The notes: generated from the sequence alone by a model not told the origin. Positions 1-8,374 are shown, numbered from the stretch's first letter. The stretch is 20,000 nucleotides of DNA from an uncultured virus (IMG/VR IMGVR_UViG_3300010399_000007) (IMGVR_UViG_3300010399_000007); one strand, 5' to 3'. Numbers and translations are program-made.

Positions 1-594
1 GGCGACGACTTGGTCAGGCGATTCATGCGCATCCACCTCGATCCACGATGTGAGAGTCCTCACCGACGACAATTCAAACGACCCGACCTCATTGCCCAAG
101 CGCAAGCCGAACGGGCTGAGCTGCTGAGCGACCTGTACACGATAGTTGCAGCCTACCAAGCCTCAGAGCGTGCGCCGACTCCACAGCTTGCGGGTTTTCA
201 AGAATGGAGCCGCATGGTCGCGGAGCCGCTTGTGTGGCTCGGACGCTCGAACCCGATTGACTCTCAGCGCGCGATCGAGAAGGAAGACGACAAGCGTGGC
301 GGTTTGAACGGCGCCATGCGCTGTTGGGCGAACTTGTTTGGCGATCGTGCGGTCTCATTGCATGAGGCTCTAGACATGGACCTCGACAACGACACGAAGC
401 GTGAATTGGGCGAGATCCTGAATGACCTTGCCGGTGACCGGCAGGGCATGAGCCCGAAGAAGCTCGCGAAGTGGCTGCGCGGCGTGGCCGGGCGAGTGAT
501 CGGCGGCACCGCATTTGAGGAAGCAGGCGTTGCGCCTGGAGGATTAAAACTGTGGCGCCTGCGCGGCGCCAAGCCAGAATGGCTGGAGGACTGA
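1..594 (+). CDS. C-terminal part of a probable phage primase/helicase-type replication protein (5'-truncated)
   Basis: Frame +1 is open from base 1 (GDDLVRRFMRIHLDP...). The D-L-x-R-R...LDP and F-x-E-W-S-R-x-V-x-x-P-L-V-W-L-G segments resemble the C-terminal domain of phage primase-helicase proteins. It lies upstream of a replication module. Confidence 0.6.
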   Translation, partial: GDDLVRRFMRIHLDPRCESPHRRQFKRPDLIAQAQAERAELLSDLYTIVAAYQASERAPTPQLAGFQEWSRMVAEPLVWLGRSNPIDSQRAIEKEDDKRGGLNGAMRCWANLFGDRAVSLHEALDMDLDNDTKRELGEILNDLAGDRQGMSPKKLAKWLRGVAGRVIGGTAFEEAGVAPGGLKLWRLRGAKPEWLED

Positions 595-783
595 ATGCCC
601 CTGTACGAATATGAATGCACCAACTGTCCCACGACAGTTGAGGAAGAGCGAACAATGGAAGCACGCCGCGAGATGGCGACGTGTCAGGAATGCGGCTGTG
701 CGATGGAACTTGTTATCGCGCCTGTCGCCGGATACATGAAAGGCGGGCCTACAGTGCCCTCAACATCGAGGAGACGTAAGTGA
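595..783 (+). CDS. FmdB-family zinc ribbon protein (CxxC...CxxC)
   Basis: MPLYEYECTNC...CQECG matches the MPxYEYxCxxC...CxxCG pattern. GGAGGA RBS upstream; abuts the previous stop codon. Confidence 0.85.
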   Translation: MPLYEYECTNCPTTVEEERTMEARREMATCQECGCAMELVIAPVAGYMKGGPTVPSTSRRRK

Positions 784-1079
784 AGAAGACAGAGTCAACA
801 CCGTTCCTGCTCATCGAGGACGGCAAGATCGAAGCGTACGGCCAGCTTGTTGGTCGCCCAGTCTCAGAAGGTTTTTTCTTGGTACAGTTCGAAGGACCCG
901 GTGCCCGTCACGGTCGCATCGTTGCGGCGCCTGAGCTGACGCGGTTCACTCTGTTCGCCAGCAACGCGGATCGTGAAGCCTTCGTAAATCCGCCGAAATC
1001 AGTTGACACGGCAACTCCGACGCCTCCAGAATTGCCGCAAGTTCCTGGCGGGAACTCTCAAGGAGATAATGCTGAATGA
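780..1079 (+). CDS. hypothetical protein
   Basis: GTGA start/stop overlap with the upstream gene and a GAGGAG RBS; 99 aa with a Pro-rich tail. Confidence 0.7.
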   Translation: MKKTESTPFLLIEDGKIEAYGQLVGRPVSEGFFLVQFEGPGARHGRIVAAPELTRFTLFASNADREAFVNPPKSVDTATPTPPELPQVPGGNSQGDNAE

Positions 1080-1264
1080 GTAAATACTGGACCGTCGCCG
1101 AGCGAGACCCTGAGGGCCCGGCTCGCCCATTCTACGCCTGCGCTCCCAGCGCAGAAGAAGCCAAGTCCAAAGTTGAGCAGCTCACAGGACCGCTCCACCC
1201 CAAGTACATCAAAATCGAAGAGACGACCGCGGACACAATCCCTGAGGGGGAGGACTGGCTGTGA
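1076..1264 (+). CDS. hypothetical protein
   Basis: ATGA overlap with the upstream gene and AAGGAG upstream; 62 aa. Confidence 0.7.
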   Translation: MSKYWTVAERDPEGPARPFYACAPSAEEAKSKVEQLTGPLHPKYIKIEETTADTIPEGEDWL

Positions 1265-1377
1265 ACCGCATCGCCATTTGGCTTGGACTCGTCGCGCTTG
1301 GGTGGGTCGCCTTTGGCGCTTTCGTGTGGGCGATATATCAAGTTTGCAGGACTATCAAGCTCATCGGGCTTCTGTAA
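1261..1377 (+). CDS. small single-pass membrane protein (38 aa, not in the ORF track)
   Basis: GTG start overlaps the preceding TGA, with a GGAGG RBS. Translates as MNRIAIWLGLVALGWVAFGAFVWAIYQVCRTIKLIGLL and fills the gap before the next RBS. Confidence 0.65.
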   Translation: MNRIAIWLGLVALGWVAFGAFVWAIYQVCRTIKLIGLL

Positions 1378-1387
1378 AGGAGATTCT

Positions 1388-1687
1388 ATGCGTTTACCCT
1401 CTCCCGGTTTCACACTCTTCATTTCCGTCCTTGCACTGACTTTTGCTGTGGGTGCAGCTCTTCACGCGGAAGAAACGCCCGAGGTGGCATCTGGCCTTGT
1501 CATCAGTCAATGCGGCAAGACCACTGGTCTGATTCTCGTAGATCCGCATGGCGTTCTGCATCCAGTTGACCCGGCCGTGCTGCAGGACAACCAGAGCTTG
1601 CTTGACACATTGCTTGCCAAGATTCCCGCGGGCAAAGGACTCACCGTAACTGTGGCCTGCGTCAAAGAAAGCGGCAAGATCATCTAA
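1388..1687 (+). CDS. putative exported protein with Sec signal peptide
   Basis: AAGGAG RBS before ATG 1388, which is a better start than 1283. MRLPSPGFTLFISVLALTFAVGAALHA|EE looks like a signal peptide; the mature part has two Cys. Confidence 0.7.
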   Translation: MRLPSPGFTLFISVLALTFAVGAALHAEETPEVASGLVISQCGKTTGLILVDPHGVLHPVDPAVLQDNQSLLDTLLAKIPAGKGLTVTVACVKESGKII

Positions 1688-2856
1688 TGGCTGCACGTCC
1701 GAATTCTCCCGAAGAGCTTCAGCAAGCAGTCGACGCTGTTGCGGAGCACAAGAGTTACACTGCGGCTGCAGCCGCTCTCAAGATGCCGATCAACACACTC
1801 CGCTCTAGATGGGTTGCCGCGCGCAAGCGGGGCTTCACGTCTGAGGTTGCGAAGCGCATTCGCGAGCAGCAAGGCGACAATCCCACAGTAGAAATGCACC
1901 CTGCAGTAGACGGGTATCTCGTCAAAGGCACCTCGACGCTGCTGGATGAGAACGGCAACGCGAAACTGCAGTGGGTGAAAACAGCCATCGATCCGGACAA
2001 ATTCCGTGCGATGGTCGAAGCGGCATGTAGAGCTGCCGCTGAAGAAGTCAAGCCGCTCGAAGAGATCAAAGCGCCCGAGCGCTGTGAGAGTGAGCTGCTG
2101 ACGCAGTACACGATCACGGACTACCACATGGGTATGTTGGCTTGGGGGCGAGAGACAGGCGCCCCATGGGACCTCACCATTGCAGAGCGCGTACTCATGA
2201 CTGTGATGGACCAGATGATAGACGCTGCGCCAGCTTCGGAAACCGGTCTGCTGGCGCAGCTCGGAGACTTCCTGCATTTCGATTCGATGAAACCGATCAC
2301 GCCGGAGCACGGACATCTCCTCGATGCGGATAGCCGCTACCAAAAAGTTGTCGAGGTCACGGTGCGAGTGCTCCGGCATGTTACCCGCCGCTTGCTGATG
2401 AAGCACCAGAAGGTGATCGTCGGCATGTACGAGGGCAACCACGATCCGTCGGGCTCGATCTGGTTGCGTGTGCTGTTCGGCTGCCTGTTCGAAGAGAACC
2501 CACGCGTTCTCGTTGAGAAGAGCCCACGTCCGTACATCGCATACCAGCACGGCAAGACGATGCTCGGGTTCCACCATGGGCACTTGACGAAGATGACGAA
2601 CCTGCCGCTGCTATTTGCCGCGATGTTCCCTGAGATGTGGGGCGCGACTACGAAGCGGTACATTCACACCGGACACAAGCATCACGTCGACGAGAAAGAG
2701 CACCCTGGCGTCAAGGTGATTCAACATGCAACGCTTGCCGCGCCAGACGCGTACGCCGCTCGCGGCGGCTGGATGTCAGAACGGCAAGCCGTGTCGATGA
2801 CCTACCACAAAGAGGCTGGCGAGATCATTCGCAGCACCTTTCTACCACCGGAGTAA
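1687..2856 (+). CDS. N-terminal HTH fused to a calcineurin-like metallophosphoesterase
   Basis: HTH-like segment SYTAAAAALKMPINTLRSRW. All five MPP motifs occur in order: TDYHMG, LGDFLHFD, EGNHD, HHGH, TGHKHH. Confidence 0.85.
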   Translation: MAARPNSPEELQQAVDAVAEHKSYTAAAAALKMPINTLRSRWVAARKRGFTSEVAKRIREQQGDNPTVEMHPAVDGYLVKGTSTLLDENGNAKLQWVKTAIDPDKFRAMVEAACRAAAEEVKPLEEIKAPERCESELLTQYTITDYHMGMLAWGRETGAPWDLTIAERVLMTVMDQMIDAAPASETGLLAQLGDFLHFDSMKPITPEHGHLLDADSRYQKVVEVTVRVLRHVTRRLLMKHQKVIVGMYEGNHDPSGSIWLRVLFGCLFEENPRVLVEKSPRPYIAYQHGKTMLGFHHGHLTKMTNLPLLFAAMFPEMWGATTKRYIHTGHKHHVDEKEHPGVKVIQHATLAAPDAYAARGGWMSERQAVSMTYHKEAGEIIRSTFLPPE

Positions 2857-2858
2857 CC

Positions 2859-3107
2859 ATGGACCTTGAGGAAGCACAACGGCAGTCGCAGGAGGTTGCC
2901 AAGACGCTTGACGCAGCAATCACAGAGCTGTCGGACAAGTACGACATCAATATCATCATCTCGATCATGCTGGGCCGTTCGGTCGGTCTTGCGAAGATGC
3001 AGCGCGAAAGCGGCGTGATGGATCGCGACGACGCGATTATGTGGTTCGGCACTGCGCTGGCCGAGGCAACTCAGCCGTTGCCGCCCGCACCGGAGACAGA
3101 GCATTGA
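2859..3107 (+). CDS. hypothetical protein
   Basis: ATG 2859 follows a GGAG RBS (MDLEEAQRQSQEV...); 82 aa, helical. The longer start at 2637 would overlap the phosphoesterase. Confidence 0.7.
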   Translation: MDLEEAQRQSQEVAKTLDAAITELSDKYDINIIISIMLGRSVGLAKMQRESGVMDRDDAIMWFGTALAEATQPLPPAPETEH

Positions 3108-3229
3108 TCCGCTGGTTCGCGAATCTGTTTCGAGAAAAGCCGCTGCCGCCGCCGGATGAACGCTGTGTCGTGCGCACGCGGACGTACTACGCCACCCACT
3201 GGACCAAGATACACGGAGTGAACACGTGA
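3104..3229 (+). CDS. small hypothetical protein (41 aa)
   Basis: TTGA overlap with the upstream stop, GGAG upstream, and a GTGA overlap with the downstream gene; MIRWFANLFREKP... Confidence 0.45.
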   Translation: MIRWFANLFREKPLPPPDERCVVRTRTYYATHWTKIHGVNT

Positions 3230-3753
3230 TAGAACCTGCATGTCATTGCAACGACGTGGCTTGGGGTACGTGCCCGCAACACGGCGGCAAGAAGGGACCA
3301 ATTCTCGGAGCGTCGCCTAGCTCGGAAACTCCTGCTTACACGTTCGATCCCAGCGGCACGGGCCCGGTATCAAAGTCTGAAGCGTTGGAGTTGTCGGCTG
3401 GCGGCACCAGGGAGCTAAAGTTTATGGCAGGTGGCTATGCGCTACCGGAAAGCATCCTGCAGGAAGCGCATAGGCTCACGCACGGCGACAGGCAGAAAGC
3501 CTACGGTCATCCGCTCGACGACTACACGCGCACCGCGGCGATGGTGAGCGCAATGCTGGCACACAAGCTCAAAGAGCCACTGGCGCCACACGAGATGGCG
3601 CTCGTGATGGTGTGCGTAAAGCTCTCGCGTCAGATCAACGCGCCGAAGCGAGACAACATGGTCGACGGAGCGGGCTACTGTTGGGTTTCGCAAGAATGCC
3701 TTGACGAAGCTACGAAGAGAAGTTCTAACCACAAAGGAGACATTGCACAATGA
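3226..3753 (+). CDS. DUF6378-domain phage protein with N-terminal Cys/His extension
   Basis: The C-terminal SILQEAHRLTHGDRQKAYGHP...VMVCVKLSR...KRDNMVDGAGY is the DUF6378 pattern. The N-terminus has CHC...CPQH. Confidence 0.8.
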   Translation: MIEPACHCNDVAWGTCPQHGGKKGPILGASPSSETPAYTFDPSGTGPVSKSEALELSAGGTRELKFMAGGYALPESILQEAHRLTHGDRQKAYGHPLDDYTRTAAMVSAMLAHKLKEPLAPHEMALVMVCVKLSRQINAPKRDNMVDGAGYCWVSQECLDEATKRSSNHKGDIAQ

Positions 3754-4163
3754 CGATTGAATCAAACCTTGAGCGTATTGCGAACTCACTAGAGCGCTTC
3801 GTGGCTCTCGCCGAGGGTCGCGTAGCTCCCGCACAGTCGACGGACGCGACTGTCATTCCGACCGATCCGAAGCCGGAGAAGAAGACGCGTAAACCGGCAG
3901 CAGAGAAACCGGCGCCCGAGCCGACGCCGGAGCCTGAAAAGGATGACTTCCTCAGCGACGATTCGCCAGAAGAAGTGACCGTCACGAAGGAGCAGGTTAT
4001 CGAAGCGCTCACCGCGTACGGTGAGGCCGCCGGCAGCACTGACAAGGCGCGCGAGCTGATGGCCAAGATCGGCGGCGCGAAGAAGATCGGCGAGCTGGTG
4101 AAAGAGAAGTACGCCGACGTCTTCAAGGCGGCCAACGAGGCCGCCGCGAAACTGAAGAAGTAA
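3750..4163 (+). CDS. hypothetical phage protein of the type usually found upstream of DUF2800
   Basis: ATGA overlap and AAAGGAG RBS. N-terminal helix (IESNLERIANSLER), Pro/Glu/Lys-rich linker and C-terminal helical domain. Confidence 0.8.
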   Translation: MTIESNLERIANSLERFVALAEGRVAPAQSTDATVIPTDPKPEKKTRKPAAEKPAPEPTPEPEKDDFLSDDSPEEVTVTKEQVIEALTAYGEAAGSTDKARELMAKIGGAKKIGELVKEKYADVFKAANEAAAKLKK

Positions 4164-4183
4164 TCAACTCGGTATCCAGTCTG

Positions 4184-4212
4184 AGGCGGGCGCTGTGGTG
4201 GCGCCCGCCTTT
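4184..4212 (+). terminator. GC-rich hairpin, putative weak intrinsic terminator or processing site
   Basis: Perfect 10-bp stem AGGCGGGCGC/GCGCCCGCCT with a 7-nt loop, followed by only a short T run; intergenic. Confidence 0.5.
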
Positions 4213-4225
4213 AACGGGAGAAGCA

Positions 4226-4756
4226 ATGCGACACAGCGTCCGATGGTTTGTGGATCTTGGCCGACTCGGCCCTGAATTCAGCCGCGTTCTGATCGACGCG
4301 GGCAATTACTTAGACCGGTACATTCTTTACATTTTCGGCGCGACACTGCGCCTGCACAAATTCTGGCGCGGCGATGACAATCGTGCGCCGCATGACCACC
4401 CTTGGTGGTTCATCACGTTCCCGTTAGTCAGTTACGTGGAGCGGTATTGGACTCCCTACAGTGCAATCCACTTCAGCTCTGGTACTTACTCAAAGACTGT
4501 CATAGATGGCGTGGAGTTTACGGGAGACATAGACACAGGCTTCTACGCAACGCTCGAATGGTACGAGCGCACGCGCACTGTCAAAGCGTGGCGCTTCCAT
4601 TTCCGCCCGGCGAAGTTCCGACACATCGTTGTAGGGCGCGCGGATGGCAAGACCACGCCGTTCTGGACGTTCGTCATCAGCGGGCGCGTGAGCAACAGGC
4701 GTTGGGGCTTCTGGAAGACACCGGATCAATTCATACCGCACGAGGAGTGGAAATGA
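4226..4756 (+). CDS. cupin-like (double-stranded beta-helix) phage metalloprotein
   Basis: LHKFWRGDDNRAPHDHPWWF (HxH motif) and a distal FRPAKFRHIV...FWTFVISG segment; GGGAG RBS. Confidence 0.7.
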   Translation: MRHSVRWFVDLGRLGPEFSRVLIDAGNYLDRYILYIFGATLRLHKFWRGDDNRAPHDHPWWFITFPLVSYVERYWTPYSAIHFSSGTYSKTVIDGVEFTGDIDTGFYATLEWYERTRTVKAWRFHFRPAKFRHIVVGRADGKTTPFWTFVISGRVSNRRWGFWKTPDQFIPHEEWK

Positions 4757-4944
4757 AATTTGTCGTCAATCTAGAAGTGCCAGAAGGCGTCACACCGGGC
4801 ATGGCGGCTGACTACATCCGCAATGCCGTACGCTCTTGGAGCGGCGGCATGGACCCTGAGCACCCGCTGATGGGTAAAACGCACAGAGCCACTGTGCAAC
4901 GCTACAAAGAACCGACGCGGCCTTTGCAGCCGGGATGCATCTAG
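4753..4944 (+). CDS. hypothetical protein
   Basis: ATGA overlap and GAGGAG RBS; MKFVVNLEVPEG... (63 aa). Confidence 0.65.
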   Translation: MKFVVNLEVPEGVTPGMAADYIRNAVRSWSGGMDPEHPLMGKTHRATVQRYKEPTRPLQPGCI

Positions 4945-4945
4945 C

Positions 4946-6223
4946 GTGAAGGTCGACAAAAAGGCAAAGCGGATCATCGTCGAGGACGGCTTGCACTCGC
5001 CGCTCGGTCCGTCATCAGCAAAGCGATGGCTGAATTGTCCAGGCTCAGTGCGTGCCACGGCCGGCATGCCGTCATCGAGCAGTGAGTACGCCGACGAGGG
5101 CACCGCTGCGCACGGACTCAGCGAGCACTGCCGTCTGCACAACGTGCGAGCGAAGAGGTTTCTGGGCTGGCGCATCGACGTCCTGCGCGGTGAGGACAAA
5201 CGCACTTTCGAAGTGACGCAGGAGATGATCGACAGCGTTCAGGAATTCATCGATCGTTGCGAGGAAGTACCCGCGTCGATGGTGCTGGTGGAGCAACTCC
5301 TGCCGTTTGAAGAATACGTGCCCGGCGGCTTCGGCACGCTCGACGACGCGCGGCTGCGGCCGGGCATCGGCGTCATCACAGACTTCAAGCACGGCAAGGG
5401 CGTGCAGGTATACGCGGAAGAGAATGAACAGCTTATGTGTCAGGCACTCTCGGTGTACTTGAAGTGGGACTGGCTCTTCGAGTTCAAGGAGTTCGTGCTA
5501 CGTATCAGCCAGCCGCGCCTCGATCACTTCGACGACTGGACAATCAGCGTTGAACGGTTGCTGGATTGGTCGCTAAACGTTCTATCTCGCGGTGCGGTGG
5601 CTACCACTTATCCCAACGCTTTATTTGCTGCAGGCTCTTGGTGCCAGTTCTGCAAGATAAAGGGTGCGTGCGAGACGCGTACGCTTTGGGCGACATCACA
5701 GGTACTCCAAGTACCGCAGAGCGAGTTCGAGGACCTTGACGCTGCGATAGCAGCGGTGCAGGCGGCTCCATTGAAAGACGTGGGTACGGGCAATGACATG
5801 ATGTCGAATGCGCAGCTTGCCAAAGCGCTCGGCGTGGTCGATCTCATCGCGGGCTGGTGCAAGGATGTCAAAGCGGTGGCAATGCGTTTTCTTCAGCAAG
5901 GATTTCCAGTTGGAGACTGGAAGCTCGTAGAGGGCCGCAGCAAACGGCAGTGGAACTTACCCGAGGAGAAGATTGCCGAAGTACTACAGGAAGAGGGCGG
6001 GCTGTCTGAAGATCAGGTGTACGAGAAGAAAATTCTAACGCCACCTAAGGCAGAGAAGCTCATCGGTAAAAAGCATCCGCTCATCACGAGTCCTGTGTAT
6101 GTGAACAAGCCGCGCGGCAAGCCAAAGCTCGCGCCGGGCACCGACAAGCGTCCCGCGCTTAGTGTGGACGTGCTGCTGGAATTCGCCGATCTCGGCGAGG
6201 AAGAGGAGAAGGACGATGATTAG
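4946..6223 (+). CDS. DUF2800 family Cas4-like PD-(D/E)XK exonuclease
   Basis: HSPLGPSSAKRWLNCPGS, ADEGTAAH, GFGTLD...ITDFKHGKG, ISQPR, WCQFCKIKGAC and WKLVEGRSKRQW. Usual position before DUF2815 and polA. Confidence 0.9.
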   Translation: MKVDKKAKRIIVEDGLHSPLGPSSAKRWLNCPGSVRATAGMPSSSSEYADEGTAAHGLSEHCRLHNVRAKRFLGWRIDVLRGEDKRTFEVTQEMIDSVQEFIDRCEEVPASMVLVEQLLPFEEYVPGGFGTLDDARLRPGIGVITDFKHGKGVQVYAEENEQLMCQALSVYLKWDWLFEFKEFVLRISQPRLDHFDDWTISVERLLDWSLNVLSRGAVATTYPNALFAAGSWCQFCKIKGACETRTLWATSQVLQVPQSEFEDLDAAIAAVQAAPLKDVGTGNDMMSNAQLAKALGVVDLIAGWCKDVKAVAMRFLQQGFPVGDWKLVEGRSKRQWNLPEEKIAEVLQEEGGLSEDQVYEKKILTPPKAEKLIGKKHPLITSPVYVNKPRGKPKLAPGTDKRPALSVDVLLEFADLGEEEEKDDD

Positions 6224-6431
6224 TGTGTTTCGCCACACCAAGTGCAAGGGCATAGTGTTCTTCTATGAGGGGCCGGTTGATCTGTCGAAGGGTCCAGTGC
6301 TTCGCTCCGAAAAGGCTATTTACCCGGATGGCGTTCGTCCGCAGCCTGCAACACGTCTCCGTGACTGTGAACACTGTGGTGAACGTCTTGATTTCGGATC
6401 GCAGCATCTCTACGTAGAGCCTGCTGCTTAA
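6216..6431 (+). CDS. small putative zinc-binding protein
   Basis: ATG 6216 after a purine-rich RBS; HxxC (HTKC) and CxxC (CEHC) pairs; 71 aa. Confidence 0.6.
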   Translation: MISVFRHTKCKGIVFFYEGPVDLSKGPVLRSEKAIYPDGVRPQPATRLRDCEHCGERLDFGSQHLYVEPAA

Positions 6432-6464
6432 TGCGTGTGTTTAACTAGTGAAAGGAGCAATCAA

Positions 6465-7112
6465 TTGCCAAAGTCAGTGACGAGTGAGCCGATTCCCCTG
6501 TATGCGCGACTTTCGTTCGCCCGCCTCTACTCCCCGAAGGCGTTTCAGCCCGGTCAAGATCCGCGCTTCGAAGCGACCTACCTGCTCGATCCTTCCGACG
6601 AGAAGGGCCTCACCAGTATTAAAGCTGTGCTGAAGACTGCCGCCGAAGTCGGCAAGCAGCAGCACGGCAAGGTGCCGTACGAGGTGAAGAAGCTGGCCGC
6701 GAAGTTCATTCCGGGGCAGAAGCTCGATCCGGCGAAGGACAAGCCGGACGGTATCAAGATCGCAATGGGCGACGGAGACGACAAGAGCTACGACGGCTAC
6801 GCCGGCATGATGTACGTCGCGTGCCACAACAAGGTTCGGCCGACGGTGGTGAACCGTCGCCGCGAACCGGTGGCAGAAGGCGAGCCGGGGGCGCCGTACA
6901 GCGGGTGCTACGTGAACGCGAAGGTGACGCTCTGGGGGCAGGACAACAGCTATGGCAAGCGTGTGAACGCGAACCTGCGCTCTGTTCAGTTCGTCAAGGA
7001 CGGCGCAGCGTTCGGTATTGCGCCGGTTGATGCCGACGATGAGTTCGAGGCGTTGGAGGATGAGGCTGGCAGCGACGGTGAAGCCAGCACGTCGTCGAGC
7101 GACTTCGACTAA
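6465..7112 (+). CDS. DUF2815 family ssDNA-binding protein (T7 gp2.5-like)
   Basis: RLSFARLY, GDGD...YDGYAG, YSGCYVNAKV, GKRVNANLRSVQFVKDG and an acidic tail ending DFD. TTG 6465 follows an AAAGGAG RBS. Confidence 0.92.
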   Translation: MPKSVTSEPIPLYARLSFARLYSPKAFQPGQDPRFEATYLLDPSDEKGLTSIKAVLKTAAEVGKQQHGKVPYEVKKLAAKFIPGQKLDPAKDKPDGIKIAMGDGDDKSYDGYAGMMYVACHNKVRPTVVNRRREPVAEGEPGAPYSGCYVNAKVTLWGQDNSYGKRVNANLRSVQFVKDGAAFGIAPVDADDEFEALEDEAGSDGEASTSSSDFD

Positions 7113-7120
7113 ACCAAACA

Positions 7121-7200
7121 GACGACGCGGCGTTTGATAGGGGCGATTTCCTCAGATTCTAACGCAACAGAGTCTGCTGCCTTACAGACGCCGCGCCGTT
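7121..7200 (+). other. long imperfect intergenic RNA stem-loop
   Basis: Nested helices 7121-7124/7197-7200, 7126-7136/7185-7195, 7138-7144/7179-7184 and 7153-7160/7169-7176, each containing a G-U pair on the + strand. Confidence 0.65.
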
Positions 7201-7227
7201 TCCTCAAGTCAAACAGGAGAATGCAAC

Positions 7228-7437
7228 ATGACTGATGTAACGAAAATTGGAAGTGCCAACGCTGCGCAGCAGGCGATTGCCCGTGCCAAGGCGGAGATCG
7301 CTGATGAGAATCTGCAGAAGGGCGTTGCGAAGTTGAAGACGAAGTACCGCGAGCTGACGGCCGCGAAGACCGTGGTGGCCAACATCGAACGTGAGGTCGC
7401 CGATCTCGAACAGGCGGTTGAGCAAGGCAACATTTGA
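7228..7437 (+). CDS. hypothetical coiled-coil protein
   Basis: CAGGAG RBS; 69 aa with a heptad-like helical sequence. Confidence 0.8.
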   Translation: MTDVTKIGSANAAQQAIARAKAEIADENLQKGVAKLKTKYRELTAAKTVVANIEREVADLEQAVEQGNI

Positions 7438-7991
7438 TGGACGCACGGTCGGTTCCGCGCATGCTGAGCCGGCCTGTAGGCGTCGAGTGGGCAGGTTGGA
7501 AGACCGACACTCGACGTCTGCAGTCTTGCGGCTGGCAACTGTCTGTGGAAGCTTGTGACTACGGCCAACGATACCGGTTAGCGATGAAGCATCCGGAGAT
7601 GCAGTTGTACGCGATCAGCAACTACACGCAGTTGCGCAACACGTATTTAAACGAGCCGTGGCACATGTCGGAAATTCCAGCTTTCATCGTCAAGCACGTC
7701 GTGTCTGATATCAAGGTGCATCAAATACTCGATGACCTGTCAGGCTTCGAACCGATCGACGCACGACAGCAGTACGTCGACACGCCGATACGTGGCATTG
7801 AAGACTTCAATATCTTCGCACCGATCGCCAAGTTTGAGCAGGTGCTGGTGGATAAAGCCGACATGTCAGTCGTCGATCATCTCGAAGCAATAAAGAAGCT
7901 GCAATCGAATACGCAACGCGAACTGCGCGAGAAAGAGCGGGCACGGCCAAAGCTGATCGCCCAACTGGTGTCTTACGAGGAGGTTGCATGA
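7437..7991 (+). CDS. hypothetical protein
   Basis: TGATG coupling to the upstream gene (TTG 7434 is an alternative start); contains VEWAGWKTDTRRLQSCGWQL; about 184 aa. Confidence 0.8.
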   Translation: MDARSVPRMLSRPVGVEWAGWKTDTRRLQSCGWQLSVEACDYGQRYRLAMKHPEMQLYAISNYTQLRNTYLNEPWHMSEIPAFIVKHVVSDIKVHQILDDLSGFEPIDARQQYVDTPIRGIEDFNIFAPIAKFEQVLVDKADMSVVDHLEAIKKLQSNTQRELREKERARPKLIAQLVSYEEVA

Positions 7992-8374
7992 CCTCAAAAA
8001 CTGAAAGTCTCGATTTCATTGTGGCGCTGAAGATCGCCGAAGGCGTCTTCGAGCAGTACCGAAAGGACTGGCCGTCGTACTGGCGGAAGATGGACGGCAC
8101 GCCAATCCTGAACGACGTAGCCGTGCGCATGGCGGAAGCGTTCGCGAAGGACGCACGCTCACGTGGCGAGACGGAATGTGCCCATTGTCGCGAGGTGTTC
8201 GAAATATACGCCGGCATGGATGGATTCCGACCGGAGACAGCGCCCGAGGGATACCAGCAGCGAATCATCGAACAGATGCGTGATGCGGCTCTGAAGGGGC
8301 TGAAAGCCACAACACCTCGCGGTTTTCTCGGATCGACGCCAGACGGCGGGATCGATGACGCGGATCGTACGTGA
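7988..8374 (+). CDS. hypothetical protein
   Basis: ATGA overlap, GAGGAGG RBS and a GTGA overlap with the polymerase; 128 aa. Confidence 0.75.
   Translation: MTSKTESLDFIVALKIAEGVFEQYRKDWPSYWRKMDGTPILNDVAVRMAEAFAKDARSRGETECAHCREVFEIYAGMDGFRPETAPEGYQQRIIEQMRDAALKGLKATTPRGFLGSTPDGGIDDADRT

Noticed and set aside
1684..2583. 299-aa - strand ORF
   Set aside because: Antisense shadow of the well-supported metallophosphoesterase; no motifs.
4946..6223. Possible CRISPR-Cas locus (Cas4)
   Set aside because: No repeat-spacer array or other cas genes seen; the context is the standard DUF2800-DUF2815-polA replication module.
7121..7200. tRNA gene
   Set aside because: It folds as one extended hairpin rather than a cloverleaf, and lacks TTCG T-loop and D-loop signatures.
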